Assembly (NCBI GenBank): GCA_041657445.1
Contig: JBBABV010000002.1
Coordinates: 3,364 to 67,363 of the forward strand
Direction of reading: 5' to 3'
Origin: Minisyncoccota bacterium
GTDB taxonomy: Bacteria > Patescibacteriota > Minisyncoccia > Phycocordibacterales > UBA9973
DNA length: 64,000 nucleotides
Shown here: positions 40,307 through 48,809 of the stretch, in pieces
Numbering within the stretch: position 1 is the stretch's first letter
Layout: each line of letters begins with the position of its first letter
Position numbers and translations under genes: made by a program
The notes under the pieces: model-generated
The model's database searches: none
Told to the model about the DNA's origin: nothing
What the model saw: only the letters and a program-made list of their open reading frames with translations

Positions 40307-40987
40307 TCATATCACATAATTTCCGTTTTTGTCATCTCTAACAATTTTACCTTTTTCTAAGGTAATTACTCTTTTTCCTACAGAATCAATTACTCCCCTA
40401 TTATGTGTCGTTAAAATAACAGTAGTGCCAAGATCATTAATTTTTTTAAGAATTTGTATTATTTCATATGTATTAACTGGGTCAAGATTTCCTGTTGGCT
40501 CATCTGCAATGATAAGTTCAGGTTGATTAATAATTGCTCTTGCAATAGCAAGTCTTTGCTTTTCTCCTCCTGACATTTGACCTGGAAAGTGAAAAGTTTT
40601 TTTACCTAAATCTACTAATTCAAGCACATGAGGAACATCTTTTCTTATATCTTCCTCTGCCTTTCCTACTGCCTCCATAGCAAAGGCAATATTTTCATAA
40701 GCAGTTTTGTTAGAAAGTAATTTAAAATCTTGAAAAACTGTTCCTATACGACGGCGAAGTTTTGTTAAACTTTCATTTTTGATTTTATGCACATTAACAG
40801 ATTCAAAAAACACCTCTCCCTGAGAAGGTGCTTCCTCGGCTAGTATCATTTTTACGAGAGTTGTTTTACCTGCACCAGAATGACCTACAACCGAAACAAA
40901 TTCTCCTACCGTTACGGTAAGGTTTATGTTATCAAGAGCAATAGAATCTTTATCGTAGATTTTTGAAACATTGTTAAAATATATCAC
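40307..40987 (-). CDS. ftsE: Cell-division ATP-binding protein FtsE
   Basis: Walker A GHSGAGKTT, signature LSGGEKQR, Walker B LIIADEPT. Confidence 0.9.
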   Translation of the reverse strand: MIYFNNVSKIYDKDSIALDNINLTVTVGEFVSVVGHSGAGKTTLVKMILAEEAPSQGEVFFESVNVHKIKNESLTKLRRRIGTVFQDFKLLSNKTAYENIAFAMEAVGKAEEDIRKDVPHVLELVDLGKKTFHFPGQMSGGEKQRLAIARAIINQPELIIADEPTGNLDPVNTYEIIQILKKINDLGTTVILTTHNRGVIDSVGKRVITLEKGKIVRDDKNGNYVI

Positions 40988-40999
40988 CCTACAATTCTA

Positions 41000-41878
41000 T
41001 CATAAATCCCTCTCCGCTTCAATAAAAATGTCTAATCTCCCTGAAAGCACACTATCTACATTGTTTGTTTCAACAAGAGTCCTATGATCTTTAACCATTT
41101 TATATGGATGAAATACATATGACCTTATCTGACTACCCCATTCTATTTCTGTATTCTTTGTAGATTTTATACTTTCTTCTATTGTCTTTTTCTCTTCTTC
41201 TGCCTTCTTAAAAATTTTTGCTTTAAGAATTGACATTGCCTGTTCACGATTTCTTTCCTGGCTACGTTCCAATGAAGAATGAACAGAAATACCACTTGGT
41301 ATATGAACCAATCTTACTGCTGTTTCTCTTTTATTTACATTTTGTCCTCCAGGACCACCAGATCTTGAGTATTCTATCTTTAAATCACCTTCTGGAATAA
41401 AAATATCTTTTTCCTCAAGTTTAGAAAATTTTGGAAGCACTTCTACTAAAGAAAAAGAAGTATGACGAAGTTTTTTTGCATTAAAAGGAGAAATACGAAC
41501 CAATCTATGCACTCCACTCTCTTTTTTTAATGTTCCGTAAGAATTTTTTCCGTTGACCTCAAATGAAATGTTTCTATACCCAGAATGGTCATTTTTGTTT
41601 TCATGTATAAGAGAAATAGACCATCCTTTATTAAGAATATACTTTTTATACATTTCAAAAAGTATTGCGGAAAAATCTTCTGCGTCATCACCACCTGCAC
41701 CAGAGATTATTGTTATCACTGCATTACCTTTGTCATATTTTCCTTTTCCATCCTTTTTTGATTTAAGTTCTCCATATTCTCTCAAAATTTCTTGGGCTTT
41801 ATTCTTATCATTCCAAAAATCAGGACTTGCAATAATCCGTTCAAACTCTTTTATTTTTTCTTCTATATTCTCTGCCAT
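41000..41878 (-). CDS. prfB: Peptide chain release factor 2, with no programmed +1 frameshift
   Basis: SPF tripeptide (RISPFNAKK) and GGQ motif (SGGPGGQNVNK). The ORF is contiguous from an ATG, with a shortened N-terminus. Confidence 0.85.
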   Translation of the reverse strand: MAENIEEKIKEFERIIASPDFWNDKNKAQEILREYGELKSKKDGKGKYDKGNAVITIISGAGGDDAEDFSAILFEMYKKYILNKGWSISLIHENKNDHSGYRNISFEVNGKNSYGTLKKESGVHRLVRISPFNAKKLRHTSFSLVEVLPKFSKLEEKDIFIPEGDLKIEYSRSGGPGGQNVNKRETAVRLVHIPSGISVHSSLERSQERNREQAMSILKAKIFKKAEEEKKTIEESIKSTKNTEIEWGSQIRSYVFHPYKMVKDHRTLVETNNVDSVLSGRLDIFIEAERDL

Positions 41879-41920
41879 AAATCAGATTTTATCATATAAT
41901 ATCAATCAAACTTTTCAGAA

Positions 41921-42952
41921 TTATATATTTTTTATTTCTGGGAAAAGACTACTAGGAAGATTTTTAAAATAGTCATCAATATACGGAAACATAGTATCGC
42001 ATGCTAAAAAGCAAGTAACAATTTCTCCTTCTTTATTTTTTAACTCTTTTAATCTATTCTTTTTCTTGTATTCCTTTAATTTTTCATAAAGAGCAGACAA
42101 CTGCATTCCTGTAGAGGGTCCTACAAACATACCAGCACGGATAAGATCAAGACTGGTTTTGAAAGAATGGGTTTGATCCATAGAAATAATCTCGTGAACT
42201 GTTTTTTCCCACGGAAAAGCAAGCTTGTGTATATGAGACTCACTTCTTGGTCCTGGTATACTAGAACCTTCCTTTATACAAGTGCCTATTATTTTTAGTT
42301 TGGGATTCTTTTTCAACAGATATTTTGTAGCACCCGCTATAGTACCAGCCGTACCTATACTACACATAAAAAGTGTCATATTATCACCAAGTTGGTCAAT
42401 TAATTCCTTTGCTACATATTTTTCTCCTGCTTTAAGATTTGCTGGATTAATATACTGATGAAGATTATGCCACCCTTTCTTTTTACCCATTTTTTTTGCT
42501 TCGTATACTCCTCCAGTATTTGCAAAAACATCAGGACAAGACGGTCCATGTGAAATCATTATATTTGTCCCTAATAACCTTAAAAGTCTTTTTTTATGTT
42601 CAGGCACATCAGGAGTAATAATTGCATGCATATTTGGTATACCAAAATATTTTGACAAAACTGTAAGAGAAAGCACAGTATTACCAGAAGAATATTCTAC
42701 CAGATGCTTTATTTTTTTTAATTCATTTTCTGGAATTGTAGAAAGCATTTCATAAGAAGGTAAAGATTTGATATTAAAAAGTGGAACAAAATTAATTAAC
42801 TTCATAAAAATCCTTACTTTGTCTTTATGAAAAGGATTAAATGCTTTTGGTAACTCAACCAAAGGAGTAGGGCTTGTCCCTTCAGGTTTCAAAAACTCAA
42901 AAAACGCATTTTCTCCTTCAAAAACTTTTTTTTGTTTTGTTTTGTTTTTCAT
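41921..42952 (-). CDS. PLP-dependent enzyme of the tryptophan-synthase-beta fold type II (cysteine synthase/CBS family-like)
   Basis: PALP-domain-like core (EYSSGNTVLSLTVLSKYFGIP ... CSIGTAGTIAGATKYL). Confidence 0.5.
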   Translation of the reverse strand: MKNKTKQKKVFEGENAFFEFLKPEGTSPTPLVELPKAFNPFHKDKVRIFMKLINFVPLFNIKSLPSYEMLSTIPENELKKIKHLVEYSSGNTVLSLTVLSKYFGIPNMHAIITPDVPEHKKRLLRLLGTNIMISHGPSCPDVFANTGGVYEAKKMGKKKGWHNLHQYINPANLKAGEKYVAKELIDQLGDNMTLFMCSIGTAGTIAGATKYLLKKNPKLKIIGTCIKEGSSIPGPRSESHIHKLAFPWEKTVHEIISMDQTHSFKTSLDLIRAGMFVGPSTGMQLSALYEKLKEYKKKNRLKELKNKEGEIVTCFLACDTMFPYIDDYFKNLPSSLFPEIKNI

Positions 42953-42954
42953 TG

Positions 42955-43785
42955 TTATAATTCTACCATACCATTAAAACTAGATACAGCAGGACCACTC
43001 ATAATTATTTCTCCTTCCTTATTTTCAGAAAGATGTAAATCCCCTCCAGGGAGATGAATTATTACTTTTTCCCTTTTTATCTCTTTTCTAGATTTTTCTT
43101 TCTGTAATAAAGCAAAAGCAGAACATGCTCCTGTGCCACAAGCAAGCACAAGTCCACAACCTCTTTCCCAAACCTTTACTTTCAATTCATTTTCCCCAAT
43201 TTTTTCTACTAACTCAAAATTTATTTTATTAGGAAAACTTTTGTGATTTTCAATAATTGGACCAAGATATGCTAGGTTGTATTTTTCTATATCTTTTACA
43301 AAAGCCACTGCAAAAGGATTTCCAACACTGACAAAATCAAGTGACAACTCTTCTATTTCCTTTTCCGCATTATTATAATCTTCGCTAGAAAATTCTGCTT
43401 TCCCCATATTTACAGAAAAAATATCTCCACCTTCCCATTTTATTTCCTTTAATCCATCACGGGTTTGAATTTTAAAAACACTTTTATCTTTCAGATATTC
43501 ATCTTTTAAAAATCTAGCAGTGCAACGAATACCATTACCACACATTTTAGCCAAAGAACCATCACTATTTATATAGTTCATAAAACAATCAACCTTTTCA
43601 GAACTTTCTTTGTAAGTTTCTACTAAAATAACTCCATCTGCTCCTATTCCTTTATGTCTATCACACAGTGCTATCACCTGCTCTTTATTGAGGTTTATCC
43701 TTCCATTGAAATTATCTATGACGATAAAATCATTTCCAATTCCATGCATTTTTGTAAATCCAATAATCATATTTTTGTGAGCCAC
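42955..43785 (-). CDS. dapF: Diaminopimelate epimerase
   Basis: FTKMHGIGNDFIVID, with the two catalytic Cys contexts MCGNGIRC and LACGTGACS. Confidence 0.9.
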   Translation of the reverse strand: MAHKNMIIGFTKMHGIGNDFIVIDNFNGRINLNKEQVIALCDRHKGIGADGVILVETYKESSEKVDCFMNYINSDGSLAKMCGNGIRCTARFLKDEYLKDKSVFKIQTRDGLKEIKWEGGDIFSVNMGKAEFSSEDYNNAEKEIEELSLDFVSVGNPFAVAFVKDIEKYNLAYLGPIIENHKSFPNKINFELVEKIGENELKVKVWERGCGLVLACGTGACSAFALLQKEKSRKEIKREKVIIHLPGGDLHLSENKEGEIIMSGPAVSSFNGMVEL

Positions 43786-43852
43786 CCCCGAGAATTGAAC
43801 TCGGGACCTACGGTTTACGATACCGTTGCTCTACCAACTGAGCTAGGGTGGC
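43780..43852 (-). tRNA. tRNA-Thr (anticodon CGU), CCA not encoded
   Basis: Acceptor GCCACCC/GGGUGGC, anticodon stem ACGGU/ACCGU, loop AUCGUAA, T-arm CCGAG-UUCAAUU-CUCGG. Confidence 0.85.
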
Positions 43853-43927
43853 TTAGCTTATCCCATCGTTCTTTAAATATCTCTCAAAACTATAACTGTT
43901 TATAAAAATCTTAACAGAAAAGTAGTG

Positions 43928-44000
43928 AGCCGTTGATCGGGATTGAACCGATGACCTCGCCCTTACCATGGGCGTGCTCTACCAACTGAGCTACAACGGC
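43928..44000 (-). tRNA. tRNA-Thr (anticodon GGU)
   Basis: Acceptor GCCGUUG/CAACGGC, anticodon stem CGCCC/GGGCG, loop AUGGUAA, T-arm CAUCG-GUUCAAU-CCGAU. Confidence 0.85.
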
Positions 44001-44093
44001 AAACAACAAAAGAACAGGACTATTATCGTCCATATTACTATGTTTTGCCTTATTTTTCAATTGTTATACCGATTAGTACTTTTTAAACCTTTG

Positions 44094-44371
44094 CGCGGCT
44101 GATGGGTGCTGACCCCACGACCTCTCCCGTGCACTGATCCAATATTTTCATAAAGGCGTGGACTATATCTTCACCTTGCCAAAAAAGGTTTAGGTGCTCC
44201 TGTATCTAGTCTCTACGGTGCCCCCAGCCTTATGCTAGGGTTCCCACGGTATTAGCATATCTAATAAGACTTAGCCTTCACCGTTATCCAGGAGAGTTTC
44301 AATCCGCCATTTCGACGAAAAGCTGCAATTTGTGCTCACAGGGGAGTATTCTACCGTTGAACTACAGCCGC
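44094..44371 (-). tRNA. tRNA-Asp (anticodon GUC) interrupted in the anticodon loop by a 206-nt group I intron (~44132-44337). 5' exon 44338-44371, 3' exon 44094-44131.
   Basis: Exons are GCGGCUGUAGUUCAACGGUAGAAUACUCCCCUGU | CACGGGAGAGGUCGUGGGGUCAGCACCCAUCAGCCGCG, which closely matches bacterial tRNA-Asp. The 5' exon ends in U and the intron ends in G. Confidence 0.7.
44132..44337 (-). mobile_element. Group I intron (no ORF) in tRNA-Asp
   Basis: Minus-sense core elements in the correct order: P-like ...CCGUGGGAA (44241-44253), R-like UAGAGACUAGA (44205-44220), S AAGAUAUAGUCC (44158-44175). Confidence 0.65.
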
Positions 44372-45039
44372 TTTTTTATATACTCTTCAAATACATCTTT
44401 TTTCCTACCAAGGAACAACCCTGATGTACTTATCCTATTATACATAAAATAATATAATTTCAAAGCATTTATAGTACTATATTGTAGGCGACAAAACTCT
44501 CTCATTTTTGACCTATAAATACATCCTCCCTCTAATCCAAAAAAGTTAAGTTCAGTATGAAGTCTTTTAATAAATTCATACGAGCATGAAGTAAATGTCA
44601 ACTATAATACGAGGTGTGTTGTTTTTCTATTTTTATGAACCCTACCCATCCAGATATTTCCATCACCATCAAAATATCCCCTGACAAAATAAGAAAAATA
44701 TTCCTTAGGAATATTTGGAATAGCTAAGCTTTTTGTTTTCCTTTAAGTAAAACCAAGTTCCCTTAAATCACTACACATTTCTTTATTACCAATTTGTAAT
44801 CTATAGATAATACTTGATTTTGCATTCTTAGGTACCCTAATATTTATTTGATGCTCAGATTCAATCTCTTCTTTAATACTATATATTAAATCTTTATCAG
44901 TTGTCTGTATACACCAGTATTCTCCTCCTCTTTTGTTTACAGTTATGTATCCGTCTGCGGTAAAAAATCCTAGAATGTAGAACATTTCTCTCGTCCATTT
45001 TTTGAAAAAATCTTTGTTTATTTTCTTTTGTATTGGCAT
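44362..45039 (-). pseudogene. Decayed free-standing LAGLIDADG homing endonuclease gene, split into two ORFs (44743-45039 N-part, 44362-44601 C-part)
   Basis: The N-part has the canonical motif ILGFFTADGYITV. The C-part has a degenerate second motif LNFFGLEGGCI. The two are separated by a gap or frame break. Confidence 0.55.
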
Positions 45040-45069
45040 AAAATTTTATGCCCCTTGAAGAAGTCTGAA

Positions 45070-45143
45070 TTATTTACTGTGTCGACGCCAGGATTTGCAC
45101 CTGGGACCTGCACTTTATGAGTGTGCCGCTCTAACTACCTGAG
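45070..45143 (-). tRNA. tRNA with a CAU anticodon (elongator Met, or Ile2/lysidine type)
   Basis: Acceptor GUCGGCG/CGUCGAC, D-arm GCUC-AGGUAGUU-GAGC, anticodon loop CUCAUAA, T-arm CCAGG-UGCAAAU-CCUGG. Confidence 0.75.
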
Positions 45144-45229
45144 CTACGCCGACATACTAAAACCTTATTAAATATAACTTAAGAAAGTTTTGTTTGCAAA
45201 TAATGAAAAAAATGTATATACTGCAACAT

Positions 45230-45531
45230 AGCGGGGTGGAGAAGTGGTATCTCACAAGGCTCGACATAATGGGCCCCTCAATAGGAAACTATTGAGTTCG
45301 CATTTGCCAAATTCGGGGAAGTCCTCCCTTGTAATTTTTACAAGAAAGATAATCCCGAGCTAAACCTCACTAATCAGTGAGAAAATGTGTAGAGACTAGA
45401 TGGCAAACTCCTTAATTCTTTATTAAAGAAAAGGAGATGGGATAGTCCAGACCACAAATTCATAGTGATGTAGTGAAAACTATAGTGGTAAGCATAACCT
45501 TGAGACAGCCGTTCGAATCGGCTCCCCGCAA
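45230..45531 (+). tRNA. CAU-anticodon tRNA (Met; possibly the initiator, given A1·A72) interrupted after U33 by a 231-nt group I intron (45262-45492). 5' exon 45230-45261, 3' exon 45493-45531.
   Basis: Exons are AGCGGGGUGGAGAAGUGGUAUCUCACAAGGCU | CAUAACCUUGAGACAGCCGUUCGAAUCGGCUCCCCGCAA. Anticodon stem CAAGG/CCUUG, T-arm AGCCG-UUCGAAU-CGGCU, acceptor GCGGGG/CCCCGC. Confidence 0.65.
45262..45492 (+). mobile_element. Group I intron (no ORF) in the CAU tRNA
   Basis: Plus-sense P AAUUCGGGGAAGUCC, Q AAUCCCGAGC, R GUGUAGAGACUAGA, S GAUGGGAUAGUCCAG in canonical order. The intron ends in G. Confidence 0.65.
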
Positions 45532-45615
45532 CATTTTTTTAAAAAAGAAAGAACACTTTCTTCTTTTTTAGTTCGTTTTTGACACTTTTTCGTTACTTTT
45601 TTCAAAAAAAATTCC

Positions 45616-46269
45616 TTAAATAAAACCAAATTCTTGGAAGATTTGCTCATATAGAGTAATGATTCTTCCTGCTTCCCTTTTACTTAATGTAAAATTTGGA
45701 CCTTCATGAGCGATTTTGTTTCTTACTGTATGCGCTTCCCAAGCAATAGGAAGTTTTTTAAATTTCTTTGGATCTGCTGATTTTAGTTTTTCTCCTACTC
45801 CTTCTCCTTCAAAACCAAGTTGAGTTAAAAGTTCCAAAAGCATATTATCTGCTTCTAAAATAGACATCTTCCAATCAGAAGAATCAGGGGATAAAAAATG
45901 ATTCATTACGCTTACCCATTCTTGATTTCCAGATATTTTTTTTGCTTTCATTTCTTCTTTTTCTTTCTCAGCCATTTTATGAGCATATTCAACTATTTCA
46001 TGATGTAAATGCTCGTGTTCTTTCTTACGAATTTCAAACATTCTAACAGCACAATAAATCATTACCGCTATAAAAAACATTGAAACAAGAGACAAGACAC
46101 CTTTTATTATATTCCACACCTCGTGACTAAAAATTACAGGTAAAATATCTCCTGTCCATTCCATAAATTTAAATACTTCATATTCCCATTTTAAAAACAA
46201 AGAAGAACCTTCTGAAGCAGTGTTTCCAAAAACAGGATTTTGTTCTAGTGTTGGGGTAAGAATATCCAT
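45616..46269 (-). CDS. Hypothetical single-TM protein with a C-terminal HEPN-like Rx4H motif
   Basis: TM helix LSLVSMFFIAVMIYCAV, a charged coiled region, and a C-terminal AHTVRNKIAHEG. Confidence 0.4.
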   Translation of the reverse strand: MDILTPTLEQNPVFGNTASEGSSLFLKWEYEVFKFMEWTGDILPVIFSHEVWNIIKGVLSLVSMFFIAVMIYCAVRMFEIRKKEHEHLHHEIVEYAHKMAEKEKEEMKAKKISGNQEWVSVMNHFLSPDSSDWKMSILEADNMLLELLTQLGFEGEGVGEKLKSADPKKFKKLPIAWEAHTVRNKIAHEGPNFTLSKREAGRIITLYEQIFQEFGFI

Positions 46270-46270
46270 A

Positions 46271-47665
46271 CTATTTTAAATCTTTTTCTATACTAAATAA
46301 CATTTTATCGCTTTTTTGTCTTGTAGTAAACAGCGTCCCAAATGGTAACCCTTCACTTCCTATTCCAGAAGGAATAGAAATGGATGGAAGACCTGCTAGA
46401 TTTGCTGATACTGTAAATATATCTGATAAATACATCTCAACTGGAGAACTTTTTGCCCCAAACCTAAATGCTGGGGTGGGTGTAGTTGGTGTCATTACAA
46501 AATCTACATTTTTAAAGACATCATCATATTCCTTCATAATCGCTCTTCTCACCTTCCATGCCTTATTATAATATGCATCATAATATCCGTGAGACAATAC
46601 ATAAGTTCCAAGCATAATTCTTCTTCTCGTTTCGACACCAAATCCACATGAACGAGTCTTTTTATAAGTATCAAATACATTTTCTCCTTCAGTTCGAAGT
46701 CCATATCTTATTCCATCAAGTCTTGATAGGTTGGTAGAAACTTCAGCAGGCATTATGATGTAATATACAGCAAGAGAATATTTTGAATATGGTAATGAAA
46801 TATCTACAATTTTATATCCTTTCTTTTTTAATTTCTCTATTGATTCTTCAAAATTTTGTAAAACTTCTTTATCCACTCCTTCCTTTAAAAAATCTCTCGG
46901 CACCCCTATTACCTTTCTATTTTCATTTTCTAGATCATTTAAATCAATTGAGGTAGAATCCATCTCATCTCTACCTTTGATACAATCAAAAATAATCTCT
47001 GCATCTTCTGCTGTCTTAGCAAAAGGTCCAATTACATCTAAAGATGAAGACATTGCAGTAAGTCCACTTCTTGAGATTCCACCATATGTTGGTTTCATTC
47101 CTACTACTCCACAAAAACTGGCTGGTTGTCTAATAGAACCACCGGTATCTGAACCAAGTGCTCCAAGAGCCATACCTCCAGATACTGCTCCCGCTGAACC
47201 ACCTGATGAACCTCCTGGAACCCTAGAAGTATCAAGGGGGTTTTTTACTGCACCATATGCAGAATTCTCTGTAGATGAACCCATGGCAAATTCATCCATA
47301 TTTGTTCTTCCCACAAGCACGGCTCCACTTTCCTTAAGCCTTTTAATCACAAATGCATCATAACTCGCTCTGTAATTCTCCAACATTTTAGACCCTGAAC
47401 TATTTATCCTCCCCTCTATCAATATATTATCCTTTACCGCAATAGGAATTCCACAAAGTGTTCCACCTTTACCCTCTTTTAGCATTTCATCTGCTCTCTT
47501 TGCCTGCTCTAATGCATCTTCAAAAATTTCAAGAAATATATTTAATTTAGAATTCTTTTCCTTTATCAAATCAAGACAAGAAGAAACTAAATCAAAAGAA
47601 CTCATTTCGCCTTTCCTCATTTTTTCGCTTGCTTCTTTGATTGTTAATGTTTTTGTGTCTATCAT
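46271..47665 (-). CDS. gatA: Glutamyl-tRNA(Gln) amidotransferase subunit A
   Basis: Amidase signature (GGSSGGSAGAV, catalytic GSDTGGSIRQPA). Confidence 0.95.
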   Translation of the reverse strand: MIDTKTLTIKEASEKMRKGEMSSFDLVSSCLDLIKEKNSKLNIFLEIFEDALEQAKRADEMLKEGKGGTLCGIPIAVKDNILIEGRINSSGSKMLENYRASYDAFVIKRLKESGAVLVGRTNMDEFAMGSSTENSAYGAVKNPLDTSRVPGGSSGGSAGAVSGGMALGALGSDTGGSIRQPASFCGVVGMKPTYGGISRSGLTAMSSSLDVIGPFAKTAEDAEIIFDCIKGRDEMDSTSIDLNDLENENRKVIGVPRDFLKEGVDKEVLQNFEESIEKLKKKGYKIVDISLPYSKYSLAVYYIIMPAEVSTNLSRLDGIRYGLRTEGENVFDTYKKTRSCGFGVETRRRIMLGTYVLSHGYYDAYYNKAWKVRRAIMKEYDDVFKNVDFVMTPTTPTPAFRFGAKSSPVEMYLSDIFTVSANLAGLPSISIPSGIGSEGLPFGTLFTTRQKSDKMLFSIEKDLK

Positions 47666-47668
47666 TTT

Positions 47669-47941
47669 TTACAAAATCTTCTTCACTTTTATAAAGCCAT
47701 CTTGTGAATCAGGGAATTGTGAAAGTATTTGTTCTCTAGAAAAATCTTTTTTCTTTTCTTCATCCTCTCTCCAGATATTTTTGAGTGGATATTGTATTTC
47801 TTCCTCATCCACCTTCACTTCTTCTATTTGCTTTACATAGTCTAAAATACCATCCAAATCTTTTTGGAGGGATTCTTTTTCAATATCATTTAAATCAAGT
47901 TTTGCAAGTTCGGATAGATTTTCTATATCTTTTATTTCCAT
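47669..47941 (-). CDS. gatC: Glutamyl-tRNA(Gln) amidotransferase subunit C
   Basis: 90 aa GatC-like, directly upstream of gatA. Confidence 0.85.
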   Translation of the reverse strand: MEIKDIENLSELAKLDLNDIEKESLQKDLDGILDYVKQIEEVKVDEEEIQYPLKNIWREDEEKKKDFSREQILSQFPDSQDGFIKVKKIL

Positions 47942-47982
47942 TTGTAAAGTATATCAAAAAAGCATTAAATTAAAAAGAAAAA

Positions 47983-48762
47983 CTACCGAACACAACGAAC
48001 ATGCCTTGTAGCAAGTTTAGTATCACTACCCACATTTCCACCTCCCAAATACACACTGTAAGCATTAGCACTATTAGATGGAACAGCAGTACCTGACCAA
48101 TAGTGACTTGCAACGAAACCGGGAGGGTTCCTAGTAGAATCTGAAATACAAGATTCATTACCTAATCTTTCACACTCTGCATCTGCTAGAGTTTTGAGTT
48201 CTTCTATTGTAGGTAATCTTCCACCTGAGAGAGAACAAGCAGTAACTGCTTGAGTCCAAATCATCCTTATATCATCTCCTGTGACAAATTCACCTGTTGT
48301 ATCTACTCCTTTCTCATCCCATTTGACTACTCCTTGTTGTGAAGTTGAGTATGCCTCTATCGGTGCTGTATCACTTGGTATTAGGGCTGTTACTCCCCAT
48401 CTCTCTAGAACATCACTCCAAGTTGGGGAGTTTACAGAATGGCATCTGACTATTGCTCCGCTATTTGTTACAGAAGATATCATCTTTGTTATTGGACTAG
48501 TAGAAAGGCAGTTGGTATTTGGCCTCCATTGGTCTCCTCCTGTATTTAATCCTCCATAGTTGTTGTTATCAAGATATGATAGTTCCATTTGAGCACCCAT
48601 ATTCTTTAGATTTGACTTGATTGCTGCTTCTTTTCCTTTACTTCTTGCACTATTTAGAGATGCTATGACTATAGTGGCTAGTATTCCTATGATTGCTACT
48701 ACTACCAAGAGTTCTATGAGAGTGAAGGCTCTTTGATATTTTCTTTTTGTATTAAAAGACAT
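47983..48762 (-). CDS. Type IV pilin-like protein with a C-terminal DUF1566-like Cys-containing domain
   Basis: Prepilin N-terminus KYQRAFTLIELLVVVAIIGILATIV, then a C-terminal ~120-aa domain with conserved Cys (CSLSGGRLPTIEELKTLADAEC...HVRCV). Confidence 0.7.
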   Translation of the reverse strand: MSFNTKRKYQRAFTLIELLVVVAIIGILATIVIASLNSARSKGKEAAIKSNLKNMGAQMELSYLDNNNYGGLNTGGDQWRPNTNCLSTSPITKMISSVTNSGAIVRCHSVNSPTWSDVLERWGVTALIPSDTAPIEAYSTSQQGVVKWDEKGVDTTGEFVTGDDIRMIWTQAVTACSLSGGRLPTIEELKTLADAECERLGNESCISDSTRNPPGFVASHYWSGTAVPSNSANAYSVYLGGGNVGSDTKLATRHVRCVR

Positions 48763-48809
48763 TGGGTTTACTATACTATGTTAGAAATAATAAAAACATT
48801 TTCAAAAAG

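Noticed and set aside
41553-41972. 139-aa ORF antisense to prfB
   Set aside because: Spurious antisense frame inside a conserved gene.
45230-45531. tmRNA (ssrA) hypothesis for the 300-nt element with tRNA-like ends
   Set aside because: The interior has group I P/Q/R/S core motifs and no tag-peptide ORF or resume codon, and the exons join into a normal CAU tRNA.
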